In this document: positions 13,151 through 26,289 of the stretch, piece by piece
How positions within the stretch are numbered: the stretch's first letter is position 1
Layout: each line of letters begins with the position of its first letter
Origin: Basidiobolus meristosporus CBS 931.73
Taxonomy: Eukaryota > Fungi > Basidiobolomycota
DNA length: 51,096 bases
Direction: 5' to 3'
NCBI GenBank assembly: GCA_002104905.1
Contig: MCFE01000633.1
Span: 1 to 51,096 of the forward strand
The notes under the pieces: model-generated
Seen by the model: the letters and a program-made list of their open reading frames with translations, nothing else
The model's database searches: none
Told to the model about the DNA's origin: nothing
Position numbers and translations under genes: made by a program

Positions 13151-13825
13151 TAGAGCATAGTGGGCACTGATGTATTGCTTCAACAACTGTACTGTGCACC
13201 TCTACTATTACATCCGAAGTGGCTCTTTTCTGGTGTGGGATATTGGGCAACTTGAGTTCATTCTTTGTAACAGCAATGCTGCATTCTCTTACTGGCATAT
13301 TGACTGCTCCACACTTATTTTTTGCTTATCCTGGCTCTGGATGGTTTATTGGTTACCTGGGCCAGCTAATTTATCCTATTTGCCATGGCACCTCACTGCC
13401 TCATTAGTGCTTTGATATTAGCTGACAACATGCTTGCTAACACAGATGGTGGTGATGTCATGATGGCCATTTGCTGGTCTTTAGCCAGAGATAGTGTGGT
13501 ATTGAATGTCAAGGAAGTTGTGTTTCAGCCATTTTTCTGTTGGTGCTTGTTGCAGAGTATAGTTGCATGCCAGACAGCTTTGTGTAATTTTTTGCAATAA
13601 ATGGATGTAAGAAAGTTCAACCAAAGGGGATATAATGCTATATATATGCATGTATCTGATTTTACATCTTCCCATGTGTTACGTAATATGGTGGGGTACC
13701 ATTAAATCTTATATCCATGTAGGTGCAAAGTCTAAAGTACAAGACTGCCTTGAACCCACATAGGTATTGATAAAAAGCAATATCATGGTGTTACATTGTT
13801 GAGTGTCAAGCTGTTTGCCCTACAC

Positions 13826-14895
13826 TGTGGTGGTGTATAAGTCCAAAGGAGAGATACATGCAACACTTCTCAAGTGTTTTGTGTGTGGGGTGTTCACTGG
13901 GTGTAATAACCTCTGGCAAAAGCTTGCTAGGAATACTTGGGTTCTGTTTCTAATCTAATGTGAAGGGGAATAAAGCCACAAGCTTGTCAAGTGAAAACTA
14001 TTGAGCTACAATCCCCAACTTAGTTGGTGTCATAACATAAGTATGTGCTGGGTTCAGCATCCTTTGAGATGACAATGTACTAAAGCTTCCAAAGTCAAGA
14101 CAACTGTAAACTCCACCAGCAGGGACTTGATAAGAATGCAGCTGTGGTCAATAGTTAGAAAGACAGAAAAGTATCTTTGCCTGCACAAGAACAAACTTGG
14201 GGAAGAATCAAATATAATAAAAGATACCTACTCTAAGTATTCCTCATAAGTAGTGCCTCCAAGGTCGGTTGGCTGTCAGCGCGGTTTCCTGGAAGTGTCC
14301 TGTGGTCTGGGGTTGGAAGTTTAGGTAGCAGCAGGTAGCAATGATCACACTAATCAACAAGTCAGTATATTGATAAAAGGGATGATGATTTATTGTTGAG
14401 GGATAGCCTCCCTTATATACTTTTCTCACGGGCTAAGTGATTAATTATCATGGTGTTCCAGAAGGTCTGGATATCAATAGAATTCTTAATGACATCAGAA
14501 TGACCCAAGAATGTTCTAAGCAGGTGCCAGAAGGTTCTAAGAGGCACAGCACATCCAACCAATCAGGAATCAGTATTCTGAAGCCTGTGCAACATAGGGA
14601 TACCATATACGGTATGGAAATGGTAGGGATGGCAACACAGGTTGATCATGTGTCACGGGTGCTGGTGCGGGTACTTGTCTAATACAGAAGTACTTATAGC
14701 TAATAATCTTACATAAAGTTGGGGGTAACTTATGCAATAAGGTAAGCAGTTGTGACAGTCTACCGGCTTTTGGGATAGTACCAATCGGGTAAGACAAATG
14801 GGATAAGACTAAAATAAGTGTAGTAGAGATATAGGGAAGTAGAAAATAAGGGAATGACCACATCTGTCAGTGGGTGTCACTGTCACCCCACTACA
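13826..14895 (-). repeat. Solo LTR family A, 1070 bp
   Basis: TGTGGTGGTG...CCCACTACA; flanks ACAC/ACAG; colinear with 27384-28453. Confidence 0.92.
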
Positions 14896-15479
14896 ACAGA
14901 AAAGACTACAGTGATTCAATGCTAAAAGAGAAGGGAAACTTGACCATCTGGCTATTAGGACAAGACCCTCAGCCATGAAGCATGCACACTGTATTGCAAG
15001 TATTACAAGGATAACAGCTAGTGTCTTAACACACAAGATGCTTTTGGGCACTGTTTTTCACTACTATATCAGCAATGTCCAGTCAGCAGCTTGATGCTTC
15101 TAAATTACTACCTAACCAAACTTTCACCTTGCACAAACCAAATCAGCAAAGCTTGTGCACCTTTTGGCTCACCTCTGCCTTGTGAATATGATGTATACAG
15201 TGAATGATCTGAAGAAGAGAGCTTACTGCTGGTTTATCAACATTTCACCCCTCTCAGTAGTAACCACCTTGGAACCAGCAGAATCTCAATAAGTGGTGAG
15301 ACAACACCCATGGAAAAATTGCTGAGCATTCATTGTGAAGCCATGTGAGCCTAACAATCCATATATTGCTGAGTAATGTTGTGGGCTTAGCAATATATTT
15401 GCTGCTGAATGGTGCACTATTGTGGTAGAGAAGTGGCATGTTACCGTTAATATTAGTAATTAGTTCATTGAGGATTTAC

Positions 15480-16780
15480 TGCTACTACTTGCCTAGCTCA
15501 TTCTGGAAGCAACTTATCTTATATATTGTACAAACAGATTACTAACATGCATCAGACAATTTTGATTAAAAATTGTCCAGCTCCCAGTGTGTAGTATTAA
15601 TTGCATGGCTTTTGCATCAGAAAATGCCTCTATTAGGATTATTTTATGTGATTTGAGATGTTATACTGCAAGCATAATGAAGATTCAGTGGTTCCATGCT
15701 GCTGCTACATCCATTCTCTACATTTTCTTGCTGTTATTTGGTGAGAATTTAGCCTGCTACACCATTTGAGAGCCACTTATCAAGCACATATGTGAGGAGA
15801 TAGGAAGTCAAGTCAAGTGGCAAGCACATCCTTATCACAAGTTTATTAACATTATCTTCTTCAAGTTTGTCATGAATATAATGTGTTGGCACTTAGAAGA
15901 CAGCCAGGAACAGTTGAAAATACTGAGAACAGCTATGCGCATGGAAACACTGAATTATCTTGCAGTACAAAGCTAAGCAGCTCCAATATGCAGATAATTA
16001 CTTAAGTAATATAAAATTGAGTTGGGCACAACACGCAACTAATTCTTGTTAAGAAATATGCACTAAATTATGGCAGGTTTCCACCTGTAGCAAGCCAATT
16101 TCTGAAACTCTGAATTTGTAACACATAAAAAAAGAATCAGATTGTATCCATATGGAGGACACATATATTTTGGGAACAATGAGTTTACTGGCTAATTACC
16201 AAAAAGCATTTTGCAATACTCCAGAGATCTTCATGGCAAATGGGGTGGTAACTATGCATTTGTTTTCCAGATATTTGTATTATCAATAATAAGTGGTATA
16301 TGGCAACTTTACTGGTGTGACACTAAAGAGCTGTCAAATTGAGTTGATAGCAGTGAGTCAATTACAGCAGGTGTAAATTTATCTGGAGGTTAGTAGTACA
16401 ACTCTTATGTATTTAAGGTATATGTGATATAACCATTGTAGTACTTGGTTGGCAAATAAATTGGGCTGATTCTATAGGAAATACCTTTTAATAAACTGTC
16501 ATTGTTGCATTGCATGAGACTAGCTCCAGGCCACCGCACTGCTGTTACAATGCCAAGAGATGTCTGCATTAAGGCTGCTAAAACATTGTCAAGATCTGAT
16601 CATTAATTGGATTTGAGTTCCTGGCTGGTGTGGCTTACTCAAAAAATAGTTTGACCACAATAAATCCATTGGAATGCCATGAAATCCCACCTAAGGTGTG
16701 CTATCACATCATTAAACTTATTACCCTATTTGGTAGAGAAATCAAAAAAATCATCACAATCCTATTGCACAAATGTGAAG
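15480..16780 (+). pseudogene. CACTA/EnSpm-type transposase relic, copy 1
   Basis: Decayed C-terminal motif 'CCYIHSLHFL...*EPLIKHICEEIGSQVKWQAHPY' resembles the IHxLLH...WxFxMERxCG...VKSRxHPY motif of fungal CACTA transposases; homologous to 44990-46540 on the minus strand. Confidence 0.65.
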
Positions 16781-17200
16781 AGGTTCTGTTCTGGTAGGTA
16801 TTGCCACATTGAGTCACAGGTGCCAAGTAGTACATAGTGTGCCAGAGAGGCTATATAAACCAATACTTGGCCACCGGGTATGAAGAGTAGCTTACATATT
16901 TATGCAAAGCAGCTCCTTTGTTTCACCTGCTTTCCTGAAGAAAATCAAATTTTTGACCATTTTTTTATAACTGCTGTGAGTTATATATATGAGCACAGAA
17001 GGGCAGAACCCTGAATCCAAAAAGGTCAAAAATTTGATTTTCTCCAGCACAGTAGGCAATATATAAGGGTAGCTTTGCATGAAGATAAAGAAATATGTAT
17101 CATACTCTGTTTCCAATTGTGTGATTACTTTGCCTCTCTGGCCCGCTATGGCCCTATGTGACACTCATGGCTCAATATAGCACTATAAATTAGAGCTGGC
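16781..17200. mobile_element. Highly degenerate, internally shorter foldback MITE of the same family
   Basis: Outer-arm motifs (tgccacattgag...gtgtgccagagagg...gcaaagcagc) recur inverted at ~17050-17190; termini eroded. Confidence 0.65.
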
Positions 17201-17848
17201 TTAATCATTGATATACAGTCACATTTATGCAATGTCTCACATTCAAGCATGTGCAGTAATACCAAGATTATGGCTAGTGTTTTGCAACTCAACACATACT
17301 TCTATAGCTAACAGTTGCTGTACTATTGACATTATATTGCTGATCACTTGACACATCTTCAACAGCACCTAGCCACATTTGTCACTTTGTACAAGCTCTG
17401 TCAGGCTATTTACAATGCCTTTTTGTGAACCTTAGCCTTCTGAATATAGCCCCACAGTGGAAACTCTAAAGAAAAAGGATTACTAGCAGCTTTCAGCTTG
17501 TATGGTGTGCACAGTACCAATGGAATATTGTCATGCAACAGGCAACATTTGACCCAGCAATTGTGCATCTACCAGTATGTGCTTGGAGTTGAATTGCATT
17601 TGCAGCAGGAAATAACTCCCTTGTAAGGGGCTCTCCTTGCTATGTATTCTTTTCTACATGAAGAAAATATTACTGACATTATAGGTATATTCAAATAACA
17701 TTGCATCAGATTAAGCTCATGCAGTAATGCAACTACTGCAAAGCTATAAAGTACCACTCTCATTATTAATCAAGTGCAACCATTTCTAAATTATTTAACA
17801 GCAAATATAAAAATAAATCAGGTAGCAAGGGCTAATTAGAAGGTGTAT

Positions 17849-18095
17849 TGTTGCAATTCAGGAAGTGTTTTGTACATGACAAGCTTATCAAGAAAAGGGG
17901 ATAATACCTGAACTATTGTTATTCCAAAAAGAAGCTTAGTATTTATACCTTGGTAGAGGCAAGACAACTGCAACGCTAGAATAGAGAGTTTATCAATAGT
18001 CAAGAACATTCTGCAAAAATTTCAGGGTTGATACATAATATCTTATAAAGGTGCTAGTTTGAGCTTTATCATAAGGAAATATTCACAGGATCACA
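17849..18095 (-). repeat. Truncated Copia-1-like LTR
   Basis: tgttgcaattcaggaagtg...agtatttataccttggta matches the reverse complement of the Copia-1 LTR. Confidence 0.75.
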
Positions 18096-18099
18096 GATC

Positions 18100-19339
18100 T
18101 GAGAGAGCTTGGATTGTATTGGCACATATCAGATTGCACCAGTTTCAGATTTCTTATTTGATTACAGACTTGATGATTTTATTGATGAAGAACTCCTAAG
18201 CTATTCCAGAGTGATTTTGCAATTTAATGATGGACTACATGGCAATTTACCAAATAAATCACATGTACTTAGTCACTTACTAGTCTTCATTGGGCTTACA
18301 GATCTGAATGGCCTATTCTCATAAACCCCATCACTGCCACTACAACATCAGAAGAGACAACACCCAATCCTGTTGACTGTCTACCCTAAACTACCCATGG
18401 AGATCCCCTGATAAGCTTCTCTGTATTACAATACCTATTACCATATAAGGTCTCATCCCATCATCTGTGGTAACAGAAGTGCTGTTAGCTTTCATTCCCA
18501 GCTGATACCAGTGGAGAGCAACCTTGCTGAGCATTTGAATGACTTGGAGCAAGCATGGGGCACTAGGCTTGGAGGCTCTAGTAAACTTCCTTATCCCAGA
18601 GTACCCAGCAATAGATTCCATACTGTGAGTATTTTGAACACCTTCCCTCCAAGGACTAATAGATATTCTTGAGGGCAGAGGCACTTCAATTGAGGCAGAT
18701 ATTAGGTACATTGCATGAGGTTTTGAGTACAGTGTGATATTGAGAGTACTATCTTTTAATCTAGTGGGTCACTTGTTGGGGGTAGGCATGAAAAAGCACT
18801 CTGGGGAGAGAGCTATCTAGCATTGAGTAAGTGGGAGAAATGCACAGCTAACTTGGCTTAAATTGGCAAGAGTTATCAGAGACTAGGATCTATTGCAGCC
18901 TTAGGGAAGCCAAGGGAAGGTGTACTTGGCAGGAAACAGAAGTTTTAAATGGTGCATTTAATTATTTCAGAGTAAGAGTAAGGCATACATTTTGATACCT
19001 AAAGGGACTCAGCATGTTGGCAGGTAAATGCAGAGTAAAGGTACATAAAGGAGATAATAGCAGAGTAGGTAAAATGGTCTAGATACATAGTAATAACAGC
19101 ATATAATTATAACAAGCCACCCACTGGGTGAAGTATTTCTGGAGTATTTTGAAGAGTATAGACCAGGAAAAGCACCATTCTGATCAATATCATTAAGATT
19201 GCCCAAAGTAACCAGTGACATTATTTGACTACTGCTGTCATGGAAGAAATAATAGTGCCAGAAAGTGCTATAAAGTACCAGTTTGATTGGGCATTACAGA
19301 CTGATTGGCACCATATGGCACCTTCCAGTGGAACAAGTC
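18100..19339 (+). pseudogene. Decayed Harbinger-like transposase with part of the intergenic region and the right terminus
   Basis: Colinear by eye with ~33110-34428 (agctttcattcccagctga, ccttatcccagagt, ggaagccaagg); ends ...ggaacaagtc. Confidence 0.85.
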
Positions 19340-19399
19340 AAATAAATTATCATTCCATTTATCAGTATCATGACTAGTTGGTCAGTGTGACTAAGGCTA

Positions 19400-20751
19400 C
19401 ATGTTGCTACATGAGATCTCAATCCCAGTCCACAGGACAGGACCACAGACCACAGTGACAGCCAACTAACCTTAGAAGCACTAGTAGCAAAGATACTCAG
19501 AGTGGGTATCTTTCAACACTTCTGATTGTTTCCCAAGTTTGCTCTTACACAAGCAAAGTTGCCTTTGTCATTGTGCCTTTTGAACACAGGGGCATTCCTA
19601 TCAAGTCCTTGCTGGTAGAGCTCTCAACTACTTGGAATCTGGAAGCTTTAGTACATTTTCATCTTTAAGGATGCTGGATCAAGCACATACTTTTGTAAAG
19701 ATGCTTACTAAGTTGGGGATTATAGCTCAATAGTTTTCCCTTTACAAGGTTGTTCCCCTTCACATTGGTGAAGGGACAAATCCCATGTATCTCTAGCAAG
19801 CTTTTGCCAGAGGTTATTGTACCCAGTGAACTCCCTATACACAAAAGAATTGAGAAGTGTTTGATGTATCTCTCCCTTGGACTTATTCACCACTCCAGCA
19901 TCTTAACAATAGGATGTTCTGTGTTGAGCATCCGTAGAGGTCACAATGTACCAGTGCTTCCAATGATAAAATTAGTCCAAACTTATCAGCAGGGACTCAA
20001 TAGGAAAGCAGCTGTGGTCAATAGTCACAATGACAAAAGCATCTTTGCTTGTGCATTAACAAACTTGGGAAACAATCAACTATGCAAAAGATGCCTACTC
20101 AGAGTATTCCTTGCACCCTTTCCCTCCAAAGGCAGTTGGCTGTTGGCATGGTTTCTTAGAAGTGTCCTGTGGTCCAGGAATGGAATTTTAGTTAGCAGTC
20201 AGTACACTAATCAACAAGAGGGACTATTGACAAAAAAGGATGAAAATGCTATGATGAAGCAGTTCTTGCTTGTTTACTTTTCCTAGTGGCCAGGTGATTA
20301 TTAATCATGGTATTATAGAATATTCTAGAGATTGATAGAAATCTTCATGACATGAAAATTAGCCAAAAGTGCTATTTGTAGGTTCTCAAAGGTTCCAAGA
20401 GGCACAGTGAATCTGACCAATGAGGGATCAGTTCTCCAAACTCTATGTAACATCAGGAAATTATAGATGCAATGAAGATAGTAGGGAAGGTGACACTATT
20501 TGCTCATCTTTTGAGGTACTGGTGCAGGTATCTGCCTATAGAGAAGCACTCCCACTGAGTAATTGAACATTAAGAGAAGAATAACTTATGCAGTAAAGTG
20601 TCCAGGTGATACAGCTAGCCAGCTGATGGGGTTATACTGATCAAAGAAGTCAAACTGAATGACACTGAAGTAGGGGTAGTAGAAAAATAGGGAAGTCAAA
20701 CATATGGGAGTAAGTATATTTGTCAGTGAGTATCCCTATGACCCCACTACA
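19400..20751. repeat. Two LTR-A-like fragments joined in opposite orientation
   Basis: ~19400-19897 is the reverse complement of the first ~500 bp of LTR-A; 19898-20751 is LTR-A from its position ~200 to the end (...accccactaca). Confidence 0.8.
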
Positions 20752-21479
20752 CTATCAGATTTATTTCCAAATTTGGCAGTAAAAACAGCAAAGCAATGTC
20801 ATGCTCCCACTGTAAGACTGTGAAGAGTGTCAAAAATTCCTAAGTGGCAAAAGTGATGACAACTAATCTTATGTTGAAGATTTATATGTCAGCAAAAAGT
20901 TATTTGGTGACTTTTCAAGTATTATGCTGAAGTGCTATAAAGGTGAGGTGGATGTAGTAGTAACTGCAGCAGTTGTGGATATATGAATAGTTTAGTAAGC
21001 AGAAAGCCATGGTCTTTTTGAACTTAGACTCTTTGTGGAATACCCATGGTAGAAGTGGATTCTCAAGGAAAGAAGTACAACTTACAACAGGATCTATGAA
21101 TAGCAAAATGAGTTGTATTGAACAAAATCCCAATGGGTGAATTAATATGGTAGCCTCATACAGGACTAGCTGTAAGCCACTGAGCTGCCATAATAATACT
21201 AACAACAATATGCATAATGGCCATCTAGACACTCCCGAGTTTTGTATCATCAAGTTATTGCATGAGCTTACAAGTTAGTGCCCTTCAAAAAAATGAAAAT
21301 GAAGTCAGGCCTTCTGAATTTCATGCACTCCCTGCAATAACACTGTCAAGACACCATTTGATTCATAACTTCATTGGCAGTACAAGCTACAAAGTACTAT
21401 CACAATTCAGCCATAAAAGCTTTAGAAGGGTCAAAAGTCCCAAACTGCTATATTTTAATGGCATCATTGCAGGATCTAG

Positions 21480-22732
21480 ATAGCTGATCCAGACTGATCT
21501 ACTTGCATGACCAAACTATTTTTCATAGGGTACCTTGCCCATTGTGCTCATAACAGTGAGTCCTGGGCAGTAAAAAAGGCTTATAATAGTGCTCAGAAAA
21601 AATTGGGAGATCTGCATTGACTGAGGAGTACTAGGCTCTGCTGGAACATCAGCTTCAGACTTGGTCAGATTATTAGCAAGTCAAAATGCAATAGGATTCA
21701 TATGAGTATTTGGGATAAAATATAGTACTGATAGCACAACAAAATGTTACAAAGTAAGACCTATGGTTAAAGGATACACTCAAATAACAGAACTTGACTA
21801 CACTAAAGTCTTAACATTAGTAGCAAAGTCAATTCCATCAGACTGATTTTGCCTGCTACAGCAAAACACCGTGAAAATATCAAAGTTGGAACTCATTGAA
21901 TTTTTAGCTGGTATTTAGTTGGCTTTTCTGTTGCAAATGCTCAGTGACAATCTTAAATGGAAGTAATGAGTAGCTGTTTACCAGTTCAGGTGTGAATGCT
22001 AGTGGACCTGGTCTCCTCCTGGAAATGGAATCAACTTGTTTACTGTAAGCTAGTACCTGTATTGTTGAGTGTTGTCTGTTTTGGAATTCAGCTTATGTTG
22101 TGATTGCACTTTGTGGGACTTTGCCTAGTTTTTCTCCATGGTAAATTAAAGCCTGTTATTTATCTAACAAATGTAAGAGAATACATTTGCATGGTGAGCT
22201 TGATGACAATGTGTGGTTGTGTCAATCTGAAGAGCCTGATGAGCCTGTGGAGTTAGATAGTCCCCATGTGGTTTGCATGCTTTTAAAAGTATATTTGTTC
22301 TCAAAAAATTAATAAATGTCCAGAGTTGCAATATATAGTTTTTATAAAATCACTGGGTTTCTAAAGATATACTGTTTATTTTAGTACCTACTATAGGCTT
22401 GATAGAGCAGATTTGGCTTTTCAGTCCTATGCATTTATGTTCCTAAAATTGCTACCAATAGCTAAATATATTTGAAGAGACTGGATCCATCTTATTGAAC
22501 AAGCTCAAGTTGTCTAATCCAGGAGAGGTCTCTTGGTGTTAAGGGAGATAATTTTCACTGAGAGATGTACCCAGAGCATCAACTAGAGTCTGTTTAAATA
22601 TAGGCAGGATATACCTAAGAGGTACCAGAGATTAGACTTGATTTGGTAATCATGCTAACGGAGAAAAACCTAAATTTGCTTAAGATCAAACCATATTGAG
22701 AGATCTTGGTGCCAACTGACAGCTCAGACTTC
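21480..22732 (+). pseudogene. Heavily decayed Copia reverse transcriptase relic
   Basis: Nucleotide similarity by eye to ~50090-50785 (cttgactacact...aattccatcagact; gagcttgatga; gaagagactggatcca). Confidence 0.7.
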
Positions 22733-22740
22733 TCATGACA

Positions 22741-25700
22741 CTATTCTCCTCTTCCAGGCAAAGCTCTGTTTCCCTTTGGGGCAGGTTTTGCAGGATATTG
22801 CTGGTGGAACTGGGTAACTAGTTGTTGACAATTAGTGAGATGGGTAGCTGGTTCCCATGTTTGGTCACTTGGACCATAACCAATCCAGTCTACTAAGTAG
22901 CACAGCTTTGACCAGATATACTTGGAGTCTAGAATCTGTTTAACTTCAAATTCTAGATGTTGGTCAACCTGGATGGCTTGGGGCTTTGCTTCTTGCCGGT
23001 TTGGCAAGGTGTTCCTACAATACGGCTCCAGGAGGGACACATGGAAAGTATCATGGATTTTCATACTTGCTGGTAACTGTAGCTGATATACTATAGGGCT
23101 AAGCTTCTTCTTGATCTTGAAAGGACCAAGTTTCTTGAAATCCAACTTGTCACAAGGGCGGTTGGTGCTGATGTTTCTTCTGAGCAACCATACAGAATCT
23201 CCTTCATTAAGATCAGGGCTGGGATGCTGTCTTAGATTGGCAAATTTCTTGTAGCTTTCCAGAGCTAAGGATAGCTCTTCCTTGAGGGTGTTCTGGATGT
23301 CCTGAATTGCTTGGGCATGTTCAGCTGCATGTGGGCTCATTGGGTTTGTTGGAATCTGGATATCAAACTGAGGGTGGAATCCATAGTTTGCATAGAATGG
23401 TGTAAAACCGGTTGCACTATGGCTTGAGTTGTTGTAGGCAAACTCAGCAACAGGGAGTAGATCAACCCAATTGTCTTGCTGGTAATTGATATAGCACCGG
23501 AGGTATTGCTCTAGAATCTGGTTGATTCTTTCAGTCTGGCCATCAGACTATGGATGGAAGGCAGTAGAGAGCTTGACTTGAACACCAAGGTATTGCATGA
23601 AGTGTTTCCAAAACTTGGACACAAACTGTGGGCCTCTATCTGACACAATATCACTGGGGATACCATGAAGGCGGAAAATATTTTTCAGGACTAAAGCAGC
23701 AGTTTCTTTTGCATCAGTGTTCTTACAGCAAGGGATAAAGTGAGCCATCTTGGTCAGCCAGTCAGCCACTACAAGTATAGCATTGAAGCCACATGACTCA
23801 GGGAGGTCAGTAATGAAGTCCATAGATATAGATCTCCATTGGTGTTCTGGGATAGGCAAGGGCTGAAGAAGTCCATAGGGCTGGTGTCTGGCTGGTTTTG
23901 CACGGTTGCAAATATCACAAGTCAGAATGTACTCTTTGATAAGAGTTATCATTCTAGGCCACCAGAAATCTCTTTTGATAGCATTCAAGATTTTGGCAGT
24001 ACCAAAGTGGCCCGCAGCCATTGAATCATGCCAAGACTTAATGATGTCTAGCTGGGTGGCAAGGTCTGGGACATAAAGCTGCTGCTTGTGGTAGATGAGG
24101 TTGTTTACCAAATGCAGGTTCCGGATGTTTGGGAACTTGGGAGGGGGCCCAACTAGGGATTCCAGATATTTCTTGATGGTGCTGGAAGTCATATCAGAGG
24201 CTTGGGATTCTGATATCCTTACTAGGAATGAAGGGATGACAAGACTTGAGGACTGGGTGGCAAGAATCTCAAAATATTTCTTGCTCAGCAATGGGTGTTC
24301 CATTTGCCGACAGACATCATCTCCCTCTTCCAGGGCATATTTCTTTTTTCTGGACAGGGCATCCGGCTTTCCTTGCTTTGCACCAGGTCTATAGGTGATA
24401 GTAAAGTCAAAGCTGGACAGGAAGGGTGACCATCTGTCTTGTCTCTGGTTTAGTACTTTGGAAGTTGCAAAGTACTCAAGGTTCTTATGGTCACAGAAGA
24501 CTTTGATTTTGTGCTTTGCACCATCCAGGTAGTGTCTCCATTGCTCAAAGGCTACAATGATGGCAAGCAACTCCTTATCATAGATATTGTAGTTGATCTC
24601 TGCAGAGGAAAACTTCTGAGAGTAGAATGCAATGGGGTGCAACACATTGTCCTCATCATACTGGGAGAGTATGGCACCAAGGACAAAATCAGAAGCATCA
24701 GTCTCCACTATGAATTGCTTCTCAAGGTCAGGGTGGGCAAGCAGGGGGACCTTCAGGAAAGATTTCTCAAGTTGGTTGAATGAGGTGGATTGCTCCTCAT
24801 TCCAGGCAAAAGGTGTGTTCTTCTGGGTTAGCTTTGTCAGAGGGGTGACTATCTTGGAGTAGTTGGCTATGAACCTGTGATAGAAGTTGGCAAATCCCAG
24901 GAAGGATTGTACTTCCTTGACTGAGCTTGGAGTTTTCCAGGACTGGACTGAGTCAACTTTCTTTGGGTTCATTCTTGTTCCCTCAGGGCTGATCAGGTAA
25001 CCAAGAAATTCCACTTCTCTCTGGTCAAATTCACACTTCTCTAACTTGGCATAGAGACCGGCAGAGTCTAGCTTTCTCAATACTTTCTTGACATGTTCAT
25101 CATGTTCATCTTGGCTCTTGGAGTATATGAGAATATCATCAAGATAGATTACCACAAACTGGTCAAGGTATTCACGGAATATGTCATTCATGAGGTGTTG
25201 ACACACAGCAGGGGCATTGGTGAGGCCAAATGGCATTACTTTGTACTCAAAGTGACCATATCTTGTGCAAAAGGCAGTTTTCCATTCATCACCAGGCTTG
25301 ATTCTGACAAGATTGTAAGCTCCTCTCAAGTCTATCTTGGTGAAGACTTGGGCAGCAGATAGCTGATCCAACAGTGTGTTGATCAGGGGCAGGGGGTAGC
25401 GGTTCTTGACTGCGATCTTATTCAAAGCACGGTAGTCCACACACATTCTGAGGGTGCCATCCTTCTTCTTGACAAAGAGGATTGGGGCTCCAGCAGGTGA
25501 TTTTGAGTGCTGAATAAAACCCTTCTGGAGGTTTTCTTGAATACAACCATGGAGTTCTTTCAACTCCAGCTGGGAGAGGTTATATATTGGGCCAAATGGA
25601 GGGACTTTTCCATCTTCAAGGTCAATAGGGCAGTCATAAGGCCAATGGTCAGGGAGGAGTTCTGCTTTCTTCTTGTCAAAGACATGGGCAAACTCTTGGT

Positions 25701-26289
25701 ACTTGGCTGGTATAGTTGCTGAGGGGGCTCCTTCAGCTGGCAAGGTATCTTGGGCTGTTGAACTGTTGGCAACCGTCTTTTCACGGTCATCAGGGTCTGG
25801 AGATTTCATGGAGTTGACTTGGTGGGATCTGGTGAATGACAGGATCTGGGATTTCCAATCAATACTTGGATTGTGGTAGCTCAACCATGAGCTTCCAAGC
25901 ACAATAGAATAGTGTAGTGAGTTGATGATGTTGAAGGCAATTCTTTGTTGGTGGGCAGTACTGGACAGCTGGAGTAAGCATGTTTCATGGGTAATGGCAC
26001 CAGAGGAGAGTGATCTTCCATCAATAACTTCTACTTGGACTGGACAGGATTTCAAGGTAACAGGAATAGAGTGCTTCTGGACAAAGGCTTGGTCAATGAA
26101 ACAGGATGAAGCACCGGAATCAATCAGGGCAAGGGCTGGGACAGGACTGAAGTCAGGGATCTGGATTTTGACAGGCATTCTCAAGGACTGGATAGATTTT
26201 GTGGCAAAGGAAGATTCTTGGATATGCTGGATTTTCATGGGTGGGTCCAGTTGCAAGCCTGTCAGTGCAACTAGACATTGGAGTTTCCC
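22741..26289 (-). pseudogene. Chromovirus pol: protease, RT, RNase H, integrase, chromodomain; single reading frame with one premature TAG (23548-23550)
   Basis: ALIDSGASSCF; MPFGLTNAP; IYLDDILIYS; VETDASDFVLGAIL; HDSMAAGH..CDIC; ISMDFITDLP/VSDRGPQF; HP*SDGQTER; EFEVKQILDS...YLVDWIGYGPSDQTWEP. Confidence 0.95.
26247..26289 (-). promoter_or_regulatory. -1 ribosomal frameshift signal (GGGAAAC, 8-nt spacer, 9-bp hairpin)
   Basis: Slippery heptamer at 26289-26283 in the gag frame; a -1 slip enters the pol frame (GKLQCLVALTGLQLDPPM); stem CTAGTTGCA/TGCAACTGG. Confidence 0.8.

Noticed and set aside
13200-13620. Minus-strand decayed frame ending HTRKEPLRM, similar to the ORF2 end PVRKKPRRR
   Set aside because: Orientation is inconsistent with the adjacent Harbinger relic and the similarity is too weak to call.
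19750-20286. 178-aa ORF
   Set aside because: It spans the junction of two oppositely oriented LTR fragments, so it is a chance chimera.
20752-21480. Possible host gene or exon
   Set aside because: Only short ORFs without motifs, CpG-depleted like the surrounding relics; left unassigned.
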